Source of the DNA: Promethearchaeota archaeon
GTDB taxonomy: Archaea > Asgardarchaeota > Lokiarchaeia > Sigyniarchaeales > SOKP01
Direction: 5' to 3'
Assembly: GCA_030603385.1 (NCBI GenBank)
Contig: JAUVXW010000008.1
Location: 1 to 64,000, forward strand
Length of the DNA stretch: 64,000 nucleotides
Positions 1-9,848 of this stretch are shown here, in pieces; within the stretch, counting starts at the first letter, position 1, and every line of letters starts with the position of its first letter. A model generated the notes under the pieces. The model was given only the letters and a program-made list of their open reading frames with translations, did not search any database and had not been told where the DNA came from. The position numbers and the translations under genes are program-made.

Positions 1-555
1 GCCGTTATTTTTGGGACAGATAAAAGAGCATCGATGGGTTATTTTGTTGCAAGCAAAACTTCGGAAAAAGTTTATAAAATTCAAGATCATCTATGGATGA
101 CCACCGCAGGTGGTGTAGCGGATGCTCAATATCTTGTAGATGTGTTACGTGCAGAAACTACGATATACCAGTTAAAACATAATGATAATCCAATAGGAAT
201 AAAAATTGCTGGAAAAATGTTATCGAATATACTGTATTCTAATAAGATGTTTCCTTTTCAAGTAGGACTAATGTTAGGTGGGGTAACCGAAGAAGAAGGT
301 CCAACTATTCTAAATATCGGGGCTTACGGTTCCATATTAAATGAAAAATTCTGTGCAGTTGGAAGTGGACAAAATTTTTCCTATGGTGTTTTAGAAGCGA
401 AGTATAAAGATAATTTATCTGTAGAAGAGGCTAAAGAAATCATTAAAAAGGCTGTAACCAGCAGTATTATTCGAGATATGGCTTCTGGAAACGGTATAGA
501 TATTGTAGTTATTAAAAAAGAAGGTCTAACCGAGCGTGAATTTATCCCAATATAA
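1..555 (+). CDS. psmB: Proteasome beta subunit (5'-truncated by window edge)
   Basis: Frame open from base 1 (AVIFGTDKRASMGYFVASK); motifs TTAGGVADAQ, VGSG, RDMASGNGID. Confidence 0.95.
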   Translation, partial: AVIFGTDKRASMGYFVASKTSEKVYKIQDHLWMTTAGGVADAQYLVDVLRAETTIYQLKHNDNPIGIKIAGKMLSNILYSNKMFPFQVGLMLGGVTEEEGPTILNIGAYGSILNEKFCAVGSGQNFSYGVLEAKYKDNLSVEEAKEIIKKAVTSSIIRDMASGNGIDIVVIKKEGLTEREFIPI

Positions 556-761
556 TTCTATTTGAAAATATTAAATCTAAATGAAATCATTCTCCTCTTA
601 TTTAAATTTTATGTTCTCTATTTCTTTTTTAATAAAATTTAAAAGAGAAAATTAAGAAATAGAATTATACTAGATAAACTTTATAAAAATTACATACGTT
701 TAATAAAGTAATTATTTTATCATAACATAGAAAAACCTCGCTTAGTTCCAGTATTATTACA

Positions 762-1493
762 ATGTCATTCCGTATAATAGTAGATTTATCTCATAAGGAG
801 AAAATTGAAGAATTTCCCGAATTTTCCTTAGGAGAGGACGCTTATGAAATAGATTATATTGATAGGAATGAAGGTCCTATTGAGTTCGTAAATCTTGAAG
901 ATTTTGATATTTTATTTATTGGAAACATTCAACATACAATAGATGGAAAGGATGACAAATTTACTCAGGACGAATTGAAAGCAATAAAAAAATTTGTTGG
1001 AGAAGGGGGAAGCATCTTTTTAACAAGTGGAGATGGAGGGGATAAAGATATACCCATGAAAAAAGGTTCTATTAGAGTCTTGTATAAAATTACAGGTGTT
1101 CGTAGATTTTGGAATGGGTTGATCCAAGAATCATCATCCAATTTTATGGTTAAAAAGAAAAACGTCTTAGTTACTGAACTATTTAAACATCCAATAACTG
1201 AGGGGATTTCAGAGTTAATATTACCAAACAGTACTTTTCTTACTATTTCAGAAGAAGATGTTGATGATATAATCTTAACTTCTGAAAAAGCTGAATTTAA
1301 ATATTACATGGATGAGGATTTAGGAACAATTGGACCGGTACCGATTTGTGCGGTTTCCCGTTTTTATGAGGGTAGATGTGTAACTATTGGCTCTTCTGAT
1401 TGGATAACTGAAGATAGTGATTTTGGGCTTGATGCTGGTGATAATTTAAAATTTTTATCTAATATTATTGAATGGTTATCTTTTGAAAGATAG
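762..1493 (+). CDS. GIFT/DUF4350-type (class I GATase-like fold) protein, IFT52 N-terminal-like
   Basis: VDLSHKE; KFTQDELKAIKKFVGEGGSIFLTSGDGG; HPITEGI; GRCVTIGSSDW; DNLKFLSNIIEWL; no signal peptide. Confidence 0.65.
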   Translation: MSFRIIVDLSHKEKIEEFPEFSLGEDAYEIDYIDRNEGPIEFVNLEDFDILFIGNIQHTIDGKDDKFTQDELKAIKKFVGEGGSIFLTSGDGGDKDIPMKKGSIRVLYKITGVRRFWNGLIQESSSNFMVKKKNVLVTELFKHPITEGISELILPNSTFLTISEEDVDDIILTSEKAEFKYYMDEDLGTIGPVPICAVSRFYEGRCVTIGSSDWITEDSDFGLDAGDNLKFLSNIIEWLSFER

Positions 1494-1518
1494 CTAACAA
1501 AGGTTATTTTCTTATATT

Positions 1519-2631
1519 ATGGTTTTTAGAATCCTTCAACCAGATACTAATTCTATTTGGCAAAACGATGAAGTCCTAAAGCGTTTCCCAAGATATAAAG
1601 GAATTATTGATGGGACACAAATCGCAAGATATATAATCGCTAAAACTATCGACTGTGATTATAATTCAAGTGATACTATTGAGAATCTTGAAATCCTCCA
1701 AAAGGAAAAATCACTGGAATTCAAGGATATTTTAAAGAAAGATATCGAAGAAATTAAGCATCGTAAATTTTCTTCTAATTCTTATATCCATTTGGTAGAA
1801 ACCCTAGCTAATAAATACCTTGAAAAATGTATCTTCTGTGAGCGCCAATGTGAAGTTAATAGGGTTGATGGACAAAAGGGTTATTGTTTAATTTCTAAGG
1901 ATTCATATATTTCTTCGGCATTCCTACATATGGGAGAGGAAGCACCTCTTGTCCCAAGTGGGACAATCTTCTTTCAAGGTTGTAATTTCGGGTGCGTTTT
2001 CTGTCAAAATTACGATATCTCACAATCATGGAAAGAAAAGAGAGAGTTAGAGGATATCGCAAAAAAAGTAGACGTTAAAATCTTATCTTCCATTGCAGAA
2101 AAACTAGCTGAACGTGGAGCACTCAACATCAACTATGTCGGAGGAGATCCAATTCCAAATATTCATACAATAATTGGTAGTTTAAATTTTCAAACTACTA
2201 ACATAACACAACTATGGAATTCAAATTTCTATTTAACGGATAAGGCTTTATCTCTAATTATTGATTTAATGGATTTTTGGCTTCCAGATTTTAAATATGG
2301 AAACAATACCTGTGGTAAAAAGTATTCTGGCATCGAAAATTATTTTGATTTTGTATCACGGAATCATAAACGGGTGCATGACGAAGGTAGCGGTGAAATT
2401 ATAATACGTCATCTTGTTATGCCCGGACACATTAATTGTTGCTCTAAACCGATTTTGGATTATGTAGCTAAAGAATTATCAAATGCAGTTGTAAACATCA
2501 TGGGACAATATAGACCTCAATATCATAGTTTCAATTACCCAGAAATAAATAGAAAACCGACATCTCAAGAAATGCATGAGGTAAAAAATTATGCAAGCCG
2601 TTTGGGAATTCTATATAAACCAGTATCATAA
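1519..2631 (+). CDS. Radical SAM protein, PflX (PFL-activating enzyme-like) family
   Basis: CNFGCVFCQN motif, N-terminal CIFCERQC, HMGEEAPLVPSGTIFF, IIRHLVMPGH, NIMGQYRP. Confidence 0.88.
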   Translation: MVFRILQPDTNSIWQNDEVLKRFPRYKGIIDGTQIARYIIAKTIDCDYNSSDTIENLEILQKEKSLEFKDILKKDIEEIKHRKFSSNSYIHLVETLANKYLEKCIFCERQCEVNRVDGQKGYCLISKDSYISSAFLHMGEEAPLVPSGTIFFQGCNFGCVFCQNYDISQSWKEKRELEDIAKKVDVKILSSIAEKLAERGALNINYVGGDPIPNIHTIIGSLNFQTTNITQLWNSNFYLTDKALSLIIDLMDFWLPDFKYGNNTCGKKYSGIENYFDFVSRNHKRVHDEGSGEIIIRHLVMPGHINCCSKPILDYVAKELSNAVVNIMGQYRPQYHSFNYPEINRKPTSQEMHEVKNYASRLGILYKPVS

Positions 2632-2728
2632 TGACATTTTAAAATTAGAAAAATCTAAAAGTAATTGTATATTTGAAAACCTAACTCTTTATTCTATATC
2701 TATTAAATTTTAATTGAATGGGTTAACT

Positions 2729-3835
2729 ATGAGTCTTAATTTAAGTGACGTAAAAGGTGTAGGTAAGAAAGAAGATACGCTAAAAGAAGCTGGAATAGAT
2801 TCTGTTGAAAAATTAGCAAGCTCTAAATTAGAAGATTTAACTGAGTTAAAAGGAATTGGGAAAGCAACTGCTGAAAAAATAGTTGAAAACGCTAGAAGTT
2901 TATTAAATGAATCTACTAAAGATGATTCAGCCGAACAAATACAGGAAGACGCTATAGAGAAAAAAGAAAAAGAAAAAGCACAAGAGGAACTTAAAAAACT
3001 AGAAGAAAGGAAAACAAAATTACAAGGAAAAAAAGTTGAAGAAGGAGATTTCGTTTTAATTAAAATAACTGGACGCACTCAAAAAGGTACTATTTTTAGG
3101 GTTTCTTCCGAAGAAGACGCTAAAAAAGCAGGGATATATGATGAGAATAAAGCCAGACAAGGGATGTACAATCCTGAATTTGTAATTATGGGTAAACCAG
3201 GATTCTTAAACGAAGGACTTACTGAAACTATTAAAGAAATGAATTTTTTTGAGAAAAAATCAGTAAGAATTCCTCCTACTAAAGCATATGGTAAAAGGGA
3301 TCCTCAAAAAATAGAAAGAATAGGCATAGCAAAATTTAGAAGATTAAATGAGGGAAAAAATCCTGAACTTGGTAAAGAATTTGTTAAACAGTCTCAAGGA
3401 CAAATGCAGAGAGGAACTGTAACAAATGTTATGCAAGGAAGAGTTATTGTAGATTATAACCATCCTTTAGCAGGACAGAGTATAGATTATAATTTAGAAA
3501 TTGTAGATAAAATCGAAGATTTCAATAAAAAAATAGAATACTTTATGATTAACAAAGGAATTCCATCTGAGAATGTTTCTGATTTTCATGTTAGCTATAT
3601 TCCCAAGAGTAAAACTCTTGAGATTAGTATTCCGAAGATGTTTCTATTTCAAAACTTAACATATGTTAAATTTGGGCTTGCAATGGACCTACAAACTCAC
3701 ATGGCTGAAGAAATTGACGACGTTAAATTTATTGAGGTTTATGAAAAGATACCTTTACCTACAACTCCATCTGAATCAGTAATGCAAAAAGTTGAAGATT
3801 TTAACAAAGAAGAAGATAAAGAGGAAGAAGGTTAG
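2729..3835 (+). CDS. Long-type archaeal FKBP peptidyl-prolyl isomerase with N-terminal helix-hairpin-helix domain
   Basis: VKGVG/LKGIG HhH repeats; IPPTKAYGKRDP and VDYNHPLAGQ FKBP/SlyD motifs; ATG at 2729 preferred over TTG at 2714. Confidence 0.88.
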   Translation: MSLNLSDVKGVGKKEDTLKEAGIDSVEKLASSKLEDLTELKGIGKATAEKIVENARSLLNESTKDDSAEQIQEDAIEKKEKEKAQEELKKLEERKTKLQGKKVEEGDFVLIKITGRTQKGTIFRVSSEEDAKKAGIYDENKARQGMYNPEFVIMGKPGFLNEGLTETIKEMNFFEKKSVRIPPTKAYGKRDPQKIERIGIAKFRRLNEGKNPELGKEFVKQSQGQMQRGTVTNVMQGRVIVDYNHPLAGQSIDYNLEIVDKIEDFNKKIEYFMINKGIPSENVSDFHVSYIPKSKTLEISIPKMFLFQNLTYVKFGLAMDLQTHMAEEIDDVKFIEVYEKIPLPTTPSESVMQKVEDFNKEEDKEEEG

Positions 3836-3849
3836 ACTAATAAAAACCT

Positions 3850-4818
3850 CTATGTAACCTTAATTTTAGTTATGAGTTCGTCTTTTTTTATTTCCCGTTC
3901 TTTCTTATACTTAGATTTTATCTTATGATATTGAGCTCTTTTTCGCTGAAATTCTAATCTTCTTTTTAGAGATTTTCCTTTTTTTTTTAAGTACTCTTTT
4001 TTTGCTTTTTTGTATACTTTTTTAGCCTTTTTGTAATCTTTTTTCGTCCTTTTATATTTTTTATATTTTTGCCTTATCTCATATCGTAGATCTTTACTTA
4101 TATCTCCTATTACTAATTCATTTAAAGTTTCCTTGAATCTTTCAAATGACTCAAACCTAATAACTATAATTCCTAATTCTCTAGCTGGAACTAAGTTTTG
4201 CATTTTATCATCAATAAAGACACATTTTTTTGGGGAGGTATCTAATTTTTTAATGACGTATTTATATTTTTCCATATCAGGTTTAATTAATCCAATTTCA
4301 TTTGAAAGGAAAATGTTATCAAAAATATCATAAAATCCTTTTAACTTATTTGATTTAGCATGAATATCGTGAGTATTTGACATTAAACTAACTGTATATC
4401 CTGCCTGATGTAACCTCTCAATTATTTCTGCCATCTCTGAGGAGATATGAGTGACTTGTGAGTATAAATCAAACCATAGTTCTATATAGTACTCTGCATT
4501 TACTTTTTTAGGAGGTAAAGCACCATCGGTTTTTTGAAATGGATAATAATATTTATCAAATATTTTTTCTAAGAATTCTTTTGACGAGATTCTCCCAGAA
4601 CTTAAACTGCGCTTAATTTTTCTAATATAGGAATTTTCTAATCGAGGAATGGTAATATTTAAATCTGCTTCAACCATATCAAGTAAATTTTTCAATACAA
4701 ATGTTTTTTCAATTAGCACTCCTCCAAAATCAAATATAAAATGCTTTATTTTATATAATCTAACTTTCTGTTTTTCTCCGTAAATCTTAGATTTTTCAAT
4801 CTCTTCTTGAGAACTCAT
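3850..4818 (-). CDS. HAD-family phosphatase with Lys-rich C-terminal extension
   Basis: Motif I FDFGGV, motif II MSNT, motif III KP, motif IV FIDD; about 75-aa polybasic tail. Confidence 0.88.
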   Translation of the reverse strand: MSSQEEIEKSKIYGEKQKVRLYKIKHFIFDFGGVLIEKTFVLKNLLDMVEADLNITIPRLENSYIRKIKRSLSSGRISSKEFLEKIFDKYYYPFQKTDGALPPKKVNAEYYIELWFDLYSQVTHISSEMAEIIERLHQAGYTVSLMSNTHDIHAKSNKLKGFYDIFDNIFLSNEIGLIKPDMEKYKYVIKKLDTSPKKCVFIDDKMQNLVPARELGIIVIRFESFERFKETLNELVIGDISKDLRYEIRQKYKKYKRTKKDYKKAKKVYKKAKKEYLKKKGKSLKRRLEFQRKRAQYHKIKSKYKKEREIKKDELITKIKVT

Positions 4819-4834
4819 ATTTAATTTTAACTAA

Positions 4835-5629
4835 TTATCTCCTATTATGATTTCTGGTTATCTCAACTTGATCTAATATTATATTGCAGACTTTTTCAAC
4901 CGGGGAACCATCACACTTCCAATTAGAGAATTCAGGAAAAGAACCAGGATCTACTACATATAATTTATGACTGGAATCTTCTCTGACAATATCTAAATGT
5001 CCAAATAGAACATCTCCATTGAAATAAGTCTTCCATTTTTTAATTAGATTTTCAACATCATTAGGTGTATCAATTTTTTTCATATCAACATGTTCATGGG
5101 ATAATGGAGGTTTAATCAAAGTACAGATATTATCACCTATGAAATAAGCATTATAATGAACACCTTTAATATATCTCTCTAAGTATAATATTCTATTATT
5201 GCTTATTTTTAGATCTTCATTTGATCTAATTATCTGAACCCCCCTACTCCCTGAACCCATAATTGGTTTTAAAATATAAGGATATTCACTTAATTCATTT
5301 TTTAATGTATCTACTGTGCCTAAATAGATCTCTGGAGTCAATATGCCTATTCTTTTCATTAAGAAATGCGATTGTATTCGATTTTTTTGTATAAAGGAAA
5401 CATGGGGTTTTGGAATAACAGGAATATTATTGGCTTCCAAATAATAACCAGCATAAAGAAAAAAAAGGTTTTTTGACTTTAAAATGTAGAAATCATTATT
5501 TAAAAGATTTTCATTTATGATTAGATTTTCTAAAGTATAAAATGTAACTACAAATCCTTTATTCTCTAAATATTTCTTTAATTTGCCCGCAAACATTGTT
5601 GTTCTTTTTGATAAAATTCCAATCTTCAT
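4835..5629 (-). CDS. ATP-grasp protein, divergent ITPK1-like/RimK-like
   Basis: YPYILKPIMGSGSRGV, LERYI, LFGHLDIV, VVDPGSFPEF. Confidence 0.75.
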   Translation of the reverse strand: MKIGILSKRTTMFAGKLKKYLENKGFVVTFYTLENLIINENLLNNDFYILKSKNLFFLYAGYYLEANNIPVIPKPHVSFIQKNRIQSHFLMKRIGILTPEIYLGTVDTLKNELSEYPYILKPIMGSGSRGVQIIRSNEDLKISNNRILYLERYIKGVHYNAYFIGDNICTLIKPPLSHEHVDMKKIDTPNDVENLIKKWKTYFNGDVLFGHLDIVREDSSHKLYVVDPGSFPEFSNWKCDGSPVEKVCNIILDQVEITRNHNRR

Positions 5630-5643
5630 TTTTCTTACAATTA

Positions 5644-6462
5644 TTATATTTTTGCTTGTTTTAATAAAAAATCTGCAACTATCTTATGCCCACCTTTAAT
5701 GTAATTAAAATTTGGGCCACAGTTAATGTCTGTTAAAAAGAATTGTTCTTTCGATTTTAAAAAATCCAGTGATGTTAGTTTTAGATCCATTACTTCCATC
5801 GCTTTATAACAATATTCTTCTAATTCAGGATCCCTATCAATTTTTCTTCTTGATTCTATTTTATTAGGATTGATTAAAACAGGTATCTGTTTATAAAAAT
5901 AAACATCTTCTCCAATTCCATAAATTTTATATTCCCATTTGCTTTTAATAAATTTTTGATAATAAAGATAATTATATTTTGGATCAACTTTATCAACTTC
6001 ATTCAAGGCTCTCTCATCAGCTACTTTTAATCTTCCATTCTCTTTATGTACTATTGGTTTAAATTTCCAATTTTTCTGGTCAATAATATTTTTTATGATA
6101 TAATCCTTGAATGGGGGAATACTTCCTTTAGGATTCAAAGAGAAATCTGGTATTGGAATGCCTGCTTTTCTTAAATATGTGCTATTCAAGAACCTGTTAA
6201 TTGCTAACCATATTCCCTTATAGGAGTTTATTACAGGAATACTAGTAGTTTCCTCAATCAATTTTACTAATCCTAAAATTAACTCACCTTTTGCCTTAAC
6301 GAAAAATAGATTTTCGTCAAACTCTATTTTAGAACTATCTAAGAGAAAAGTTTCTTCAGTATATATTTTTACATCTGCTTTACTATTTAAATACTTCAAG
6401 AATTCAGATACTTTATACGTTAAATGGTATTTATCAATAATTATTCCTATTTTTTTCAACAA
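5644..6462 (-). CDS. ATP-grasp inositol phosphate kinase (ITPK1-like)
   Basis: YQKFI, EYKIYGIG, LDFL, TDINCGPNF. Confidence 0.72.
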   Translation of the reverse strand: MLKKIGIIIDKYHLTYKVSEFLKYLNSKADVKIYTEETFLLDSSKIEFDENLFFVKAKGELILGLVKLIEETTSIPVINSYKGIWLAINRFLNSTYLRKAGIPIPDFSLNPKGSIPPFKDYIIKNIIDQKNWKFKPIVHKENGRLKVADERALNEVDKVDPKYNYLYYQKFIKSKWEYKIYGIGEDVYFYKQIPVLINPNKIESRRKIDRDPELEEYCYKAMEVMDLKLTSLDFLKSKEQFFLTDINCGPNFNYIKGGHKIVADFLLKQAKI

Positions 6463-6637
6463 ATTTACCTTAAAGCTTTTCTTTAGAAAATGGTCTGTTC
6501 TTTAATAATTATAAAATAAAATAGTAATTTAAATCCAATTCATATAATGAATTTAATTATTTGTTAGTACCTTGAACGATCAATATATTTAAATACCATA
6601 ATTTATTCATAAATTATCAAATAATAGGGTTTTTACT

Positions 6638-7546
6638 GTGTCAAATAAGTTTAATAGGATTTATATTGGCGCTATTTGTAATCGTGATCTTGATATTCTT
6701 CAAGAGATCAAGAAATTCTGTAGTAAAAACTATAACTTCTCTGTTATAAACCTTTTTAAAACCGGTTCTGATAATTTTAATGTTAAGTATTTTAAGAAAA
6801 AGATAAAGAAGTATCCTATTTCATTAATTATTTTAAAATTATTATCAGAAGATTCAAATCAAACAATTTATAATGCTATAAACCAATATGCTCCTGATAT
6901 TCCTTTATTAAACAGTTTGAATTCAGTTAAAATTTGCGAAAGTAGAATTAACACTTTTGACTTCATCAATCAAAAATGTAAGAAGTTAAATATTCCCCAA
7001 ATTTACCATTCTTTTTATGAAGCATGTAAAGCTTGTAATAATGGAAAGAATATTATTATTAAATTAGATACCCATAATATTCCTTCTCTTCCTAAAAATG
7101 ATAGAATTGTTGGAATTGCTAAAAATTTAGACCAATTTAAGAAGTTAACTTCGGAATATAAGAATAATAACCTGTTTTTTCAAGAATACATAGGTGAATT
7201 AGATATAGTTTACAAAATTTATGTAATTGATCGATGGGCTGTTTCTATAACTTCTTATAATCGATTACAAGATAGAACTGGCTTATCTCCACTAGAACTT
7301 ATACATATTAGGGTACCTATAGAGAAACAACTGAAAAGACGAGTATTACGATTAGGCAGAAAATTAGGTATGGCTATTTTTGGGATAGACTATGTTTTAA
7401 CTAAAGAAGGAGTACCATTTATAGTTGATATTAATGATTTTCCAAGTTTTAGAAGCATCCCAGAAGCAATAAGTCTAATTTCAGATTACATTTATAACAT
7501 ACTAATATTGAGACAAGAATTATCTAAAGCTCTAGTTAAGGTTTAG
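6638..7546 (+). CDS. ATP-grasp inositol phosphate kinase (ITPK1-like)
   Basis: FQEYI, VYKIYVID, IFGIDYV, IVDINDFPSF match the ITPK1 KV(F/Y)V.G / LFG.D / DIN.FP.Y pattern; adjacent to ino1. Confidence 0.8.
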   Translation: MSNKFNRIYIGAICNRDLDILQEIKKFCSKNYNFSVINLFKTGSDNFNVKYFKKKIKKYPISLIILKLLSEDSNQTIYNAINQYAPDIPLLNSLNSVKICESRINTFDFINQKCKKLNIPQIYHSFYEACKACNNGKNIIIKLDTHNIPSLPKNDRIVGIAKNLDQFKKLTSEYKNNNLFFQEYIGELDIVYKIYVIDRWAVSITSYNRLQDRTGLSPLELIHIRVPIEKQLKRRVLRLGRKLGMAIFGIDYVLTKEGVPFIVDINDFPSFRSIPEAISLISDYIYNILILRQELSKALVKV

Positions 7547-7600
7547 AGTTAGGGTATTAACTTTTAAAATTATAAATCATAAAAATTTTTAGATTTGAGA

Positions 7601-8692
7601 TTATTGATTTCTTCTATTTTCAATAAATTCAATTAGCCTTTTCTTAGCAGTAAAATCATCTAGTTGTTCTGGAGGATGTTTAGCAAAGAATGAGCAAGCT
7701 GAATAAAGTACTCCTCCAATATTTCTATCTTTAGCAATTTTACTTATCCTAATACAATCTGCTATTATTCCCGCTGAATTGTTTCCATCTTCAACAAACA
7801 TGGTGATGTCTATCCTTACTGGTGCTCCTCCAAAAATGCGTCCTTCCAGCCTCATATACGCTTCTTTTTGATTTTTTAGAAATGGAATATAATCTACAGC
7901 AGAAATCTGACAATCTATATTATCTTTATTTTGAAGGTTTGCGATCACAGCTTCAGTCTTAGATTGTCTTTTTCCTTCCTCATATCTTAAGGAACCGTTT
8001 GGCATGGGTGTTAATAAATTACAAAAATCACTAGAACCACCCCAATCTAGTTGAATTGTCTTATCCAATATGGCCCCTCGCATTGGAAAGAGATTAGTTA
8101 AAGCTCTATGGATTATTGTAGCTCCAATTTGTGATTTTACATCATCTCCTATTAAAGAAAGTCCAAATTTCTCCGCTTTTTCAACAATTTCAGGATCTTT
8201 TACTACATATGAGGGCATTCCATTTACTACACATGATCCTGCGTCAAGAGCGCTCATGGCATAAAATTTTACTGCCTTATGGGTTCCTGTGGGGAGTAAG
8301 ATTACAGTAACATCAACATTTCTGCTTTCTATTTCATTAATAATATCCATTGGTTTTTGATTTTCATCGGTTGGTATTATGTTTTTAATATTACTGTCTA
8401 ATCCATCCATAATCGGACCTTTGATCACTGGAGCATTTAAGAAATCGGGTTTGAAAAGTTCCATATTACAATTTGGTTCAGCAAAAATAGCAGCACTCAA
8501 ATCTTTCCCAACTTTATTTGAATTGACATCAATTCCAAGGACAAAATTAATGTCATTAATATCATATTGATTAATTTCTGGAAGAATTCCCATAATTTTG
8601 TCGGGATTTTCTTTATAATTTTGAACACCTTGAACAAGGGCTGATGCTACATCGCCTACTCCAACAATGGCACAATTAATTTTATCAGCCAT
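7601..8692 (-). CDS. ino1: myo-inositol-1(3)-phosphate synthase
   Basis: Rossmann GVGDVAS, KVGKDLS.AIFA.PN, IGDDVKSQIGATIIHR, SKTEAV, NSAG, FAKHPP. Confidence 0.92.
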   Translation of the reverse strand: MADKINCAIVGVGDVASALVQGVQNYKENPDKIMGILPEINQYDINDINFVLGIDVNSNKVGKDLSAAIFAEPNCNMELFKPDFLNAPVIKGPIMDGLDSNIKNIIPTDENQKPMDIINEIESRNVDVTVILLPTGTHKAVKFYAMSALDAGSCVVNGMPSYVVKDPEIVEKAEKFGLSLIGDDVKSQIGATIIHRALTNLFPMRGAILDKTIQLDWGGSSDFCNLLTPMPNGSLRYEEGKRQSKTEAVIANLQNKDNIDCQISAVDYIPFLKNQKEAYMRLEGRIFGGAPVRIDITMFVEDGNNSAGIIADCIRISKIAKDRNIGGVLYSACSFFAKHPPEQLDDFTAKKRLIEFIENRRNQ

Positions 8693-8945
8693 ATTATTGT
8701 TTATATAAAATTATCATATTTAAATCATTTTAATATAAGGAATTGAATTTTCGTATTTAGTCGAGGTTAACACTGAATCTTTGTGGTTCTATTGAATTAA
8801 ATGGTTTTATCTTGAACCCAATTCTCTTAACTTTTATTAATTTTCTCCTCGTTAAAAAAACAATTTATCATCTATTATCAAGGTTTTAGTTAAAACTTTT
8901 AAAAGGCATTTGAACTAATTAAATTTAAGAATATACCCCACTTTT

Positions 8946-9848
8946 TTGATTATAATGGTAAAAAAAATTGTATTTTCTGTAATTCAAAATCATGATATAA
9001 TTAAAAGAGTCATTACCAGACTTCAACTGGTAAAAACATTGAATTTGATACTCCATGATCCTACACAAGATTTTTTTTGCCTTTCCGATATGCCTCAGTC
9101 TTTTAAGAATGCTGATTTGATAGTTGTCAAGGTTAGAAATGAATGCTCAATTGATGTGCTGCATTTTGCTAAGCTCTATAATATTCCTACTCTCCATGAT
9201 GTAGATACAGTTTTAATATGCAAAAATAAAATTGCTCTTGACTATTCGCTAAGAACAGCATTAAAAAAACATGAAGATGCACTGGGAAAGTTTCTTATGC
9301 CCAATTCTTGGAACCAATCTTTAACAGATGTTAATAAATTTAAAGAATGGGCTCTTCCAAAATTGCCTATTGTTATTAAAAGTCATTATCAACATGATAA
9401 ATATAATAGATTTAATTTTCTCGCACAAGAAATTGATGACGTTGATAAATTCTGTGAAAGATATAATAAATTCTTATACTATGATGTCTATATTCAACAA
9501 TTTATTAAGTGCGATGGGTTTGAATATAAAATTTATGTAATTGGAGATAAGGTTTTTGGAATAAAAAGAGAGAATCCTATATATATATATTTAAGAGAAA
9601 AACCAGATAATATTGATGTAGGTTCGATTGAACGGGAAAAATTTGAAATTACAGAAGATATAATAAAACTCTCGAAAATATTATCAATGGAATTGAAGCT
9701 TAAAATTTTTGGTTTCGACTTTGTTAAGCCTATTGATCAAGAAAAATTATACCTCATTGATTTGAATGATTTTCCAAGTTTTAAAGGGATACCTAATATT
9801 GAAAATACGTTAAGTAGATTTATAGAAGACTATGTATTAGCTCTTTAA
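8946..9848 (+). CDS. ATP-grasp inositol phosphate kinase (ITPK1-like)
   Basis: LPIVIKSH, IQQFIKCDGFEYKIYVIGD, IFGFD, LIDLNDFPSFKGIP. Confidence 0.82.
   Translation: MIIMVKKIVFSVIQNHDIIKRVITRLQLVKTLNLILHDPTQDFFCLSDMPQSFKNADLIVVKVRNECSIDVLHFAKLYNIPTLHDVDTVLICKNKIALDYSLRTALKKHEDALGKFLMPNSWNQSLTDVNKFKEWALPKLPIVIKSHYQHDKYNRFNFLAQEIDDVDKFCERYNKFLYYDVYIQQFIKCDGFEYKIYVIGDKVFGIKRENPIYIYLREKPDNIDVGSIEREKFEITEDIIKLSKILSMELKLKIFGFDFVKPIDQEKLYLIDLNDFPSFKGIPNIENTLSRFIEDYVLAL

Noticed and set aside
4835-9848. RimK/LysX peptide-ligase (RiPP) cluster
   Set aside because: D-x-N-x-x-P and KIY motifs plus ino1 linkage fit ITPK1-like kinases; no precursor peptide seen
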